Positions 26,028 to 26,040 of a DNA stretch of 26,040 nt are shown one piece after another; the first letter of the stretch is position 1; the number at the start of each line of letters is the position of its first letter. Origin of the DNA: a virus (Duplodnaviria > Caudoviricetes); IMG/VR virus record IMGVR_UViG_3300037308_000473, positions 1-26,040 of that record. The stretch is one strand, 5' to 3'. Under the pieces are notes generated by a model that saw only the letters and a program-made list of their open reading frames with translations, was not told where the DNA came from and searched no databases. Position numbers and translations under genes: made by a program.

Positions 26028-26040
26028 ACCGAGGTGCTCG

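Overview
High-GC window containing most of a compact temperate siphovirus-like prophage, truncated on the left inside the terminase large subunit and ending on the right at a host tRNA-Pro(CGG). Order: head module (TerL, SPP1-type portal, scaffold, P22-coat-like capsid protein with an inserted domain), neck/tail module (two paralogous tail-tube-like genes, tail assembly chaperone with a -1 frameshift, short tape measure, one 1004-aa tail-tip protein), a ~6.5 kb accessory cassette that looks like an anti-phage defence hotspot (uncharacterised coiled-coil/RelE-like protein, McrA-like HNH, wHTH-HEPN protein, Vsr, AccI-family endonuclease, C5 cytosine methyltransferase), a regulatory region with a LexA-type box and an 11-bp phased repeat array, an early/replication operon (RHH, Zn-finger, SSB-like, Prim-Pol/AAA helicase, PD-(D/E)XK nuclease, RuvC-like, LuxR HTH) and a large serine recombinase whose stop codon lies inside the tRNA. 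No CI-type repressor, holin or endolysin is recognisable in the window. All family calls are from motif recognition by eye; no database search was run. Host is probably a high-GC Chloroflexota or Actinomycetota (inference from GC content and the GAAC-N4-GTTC box).
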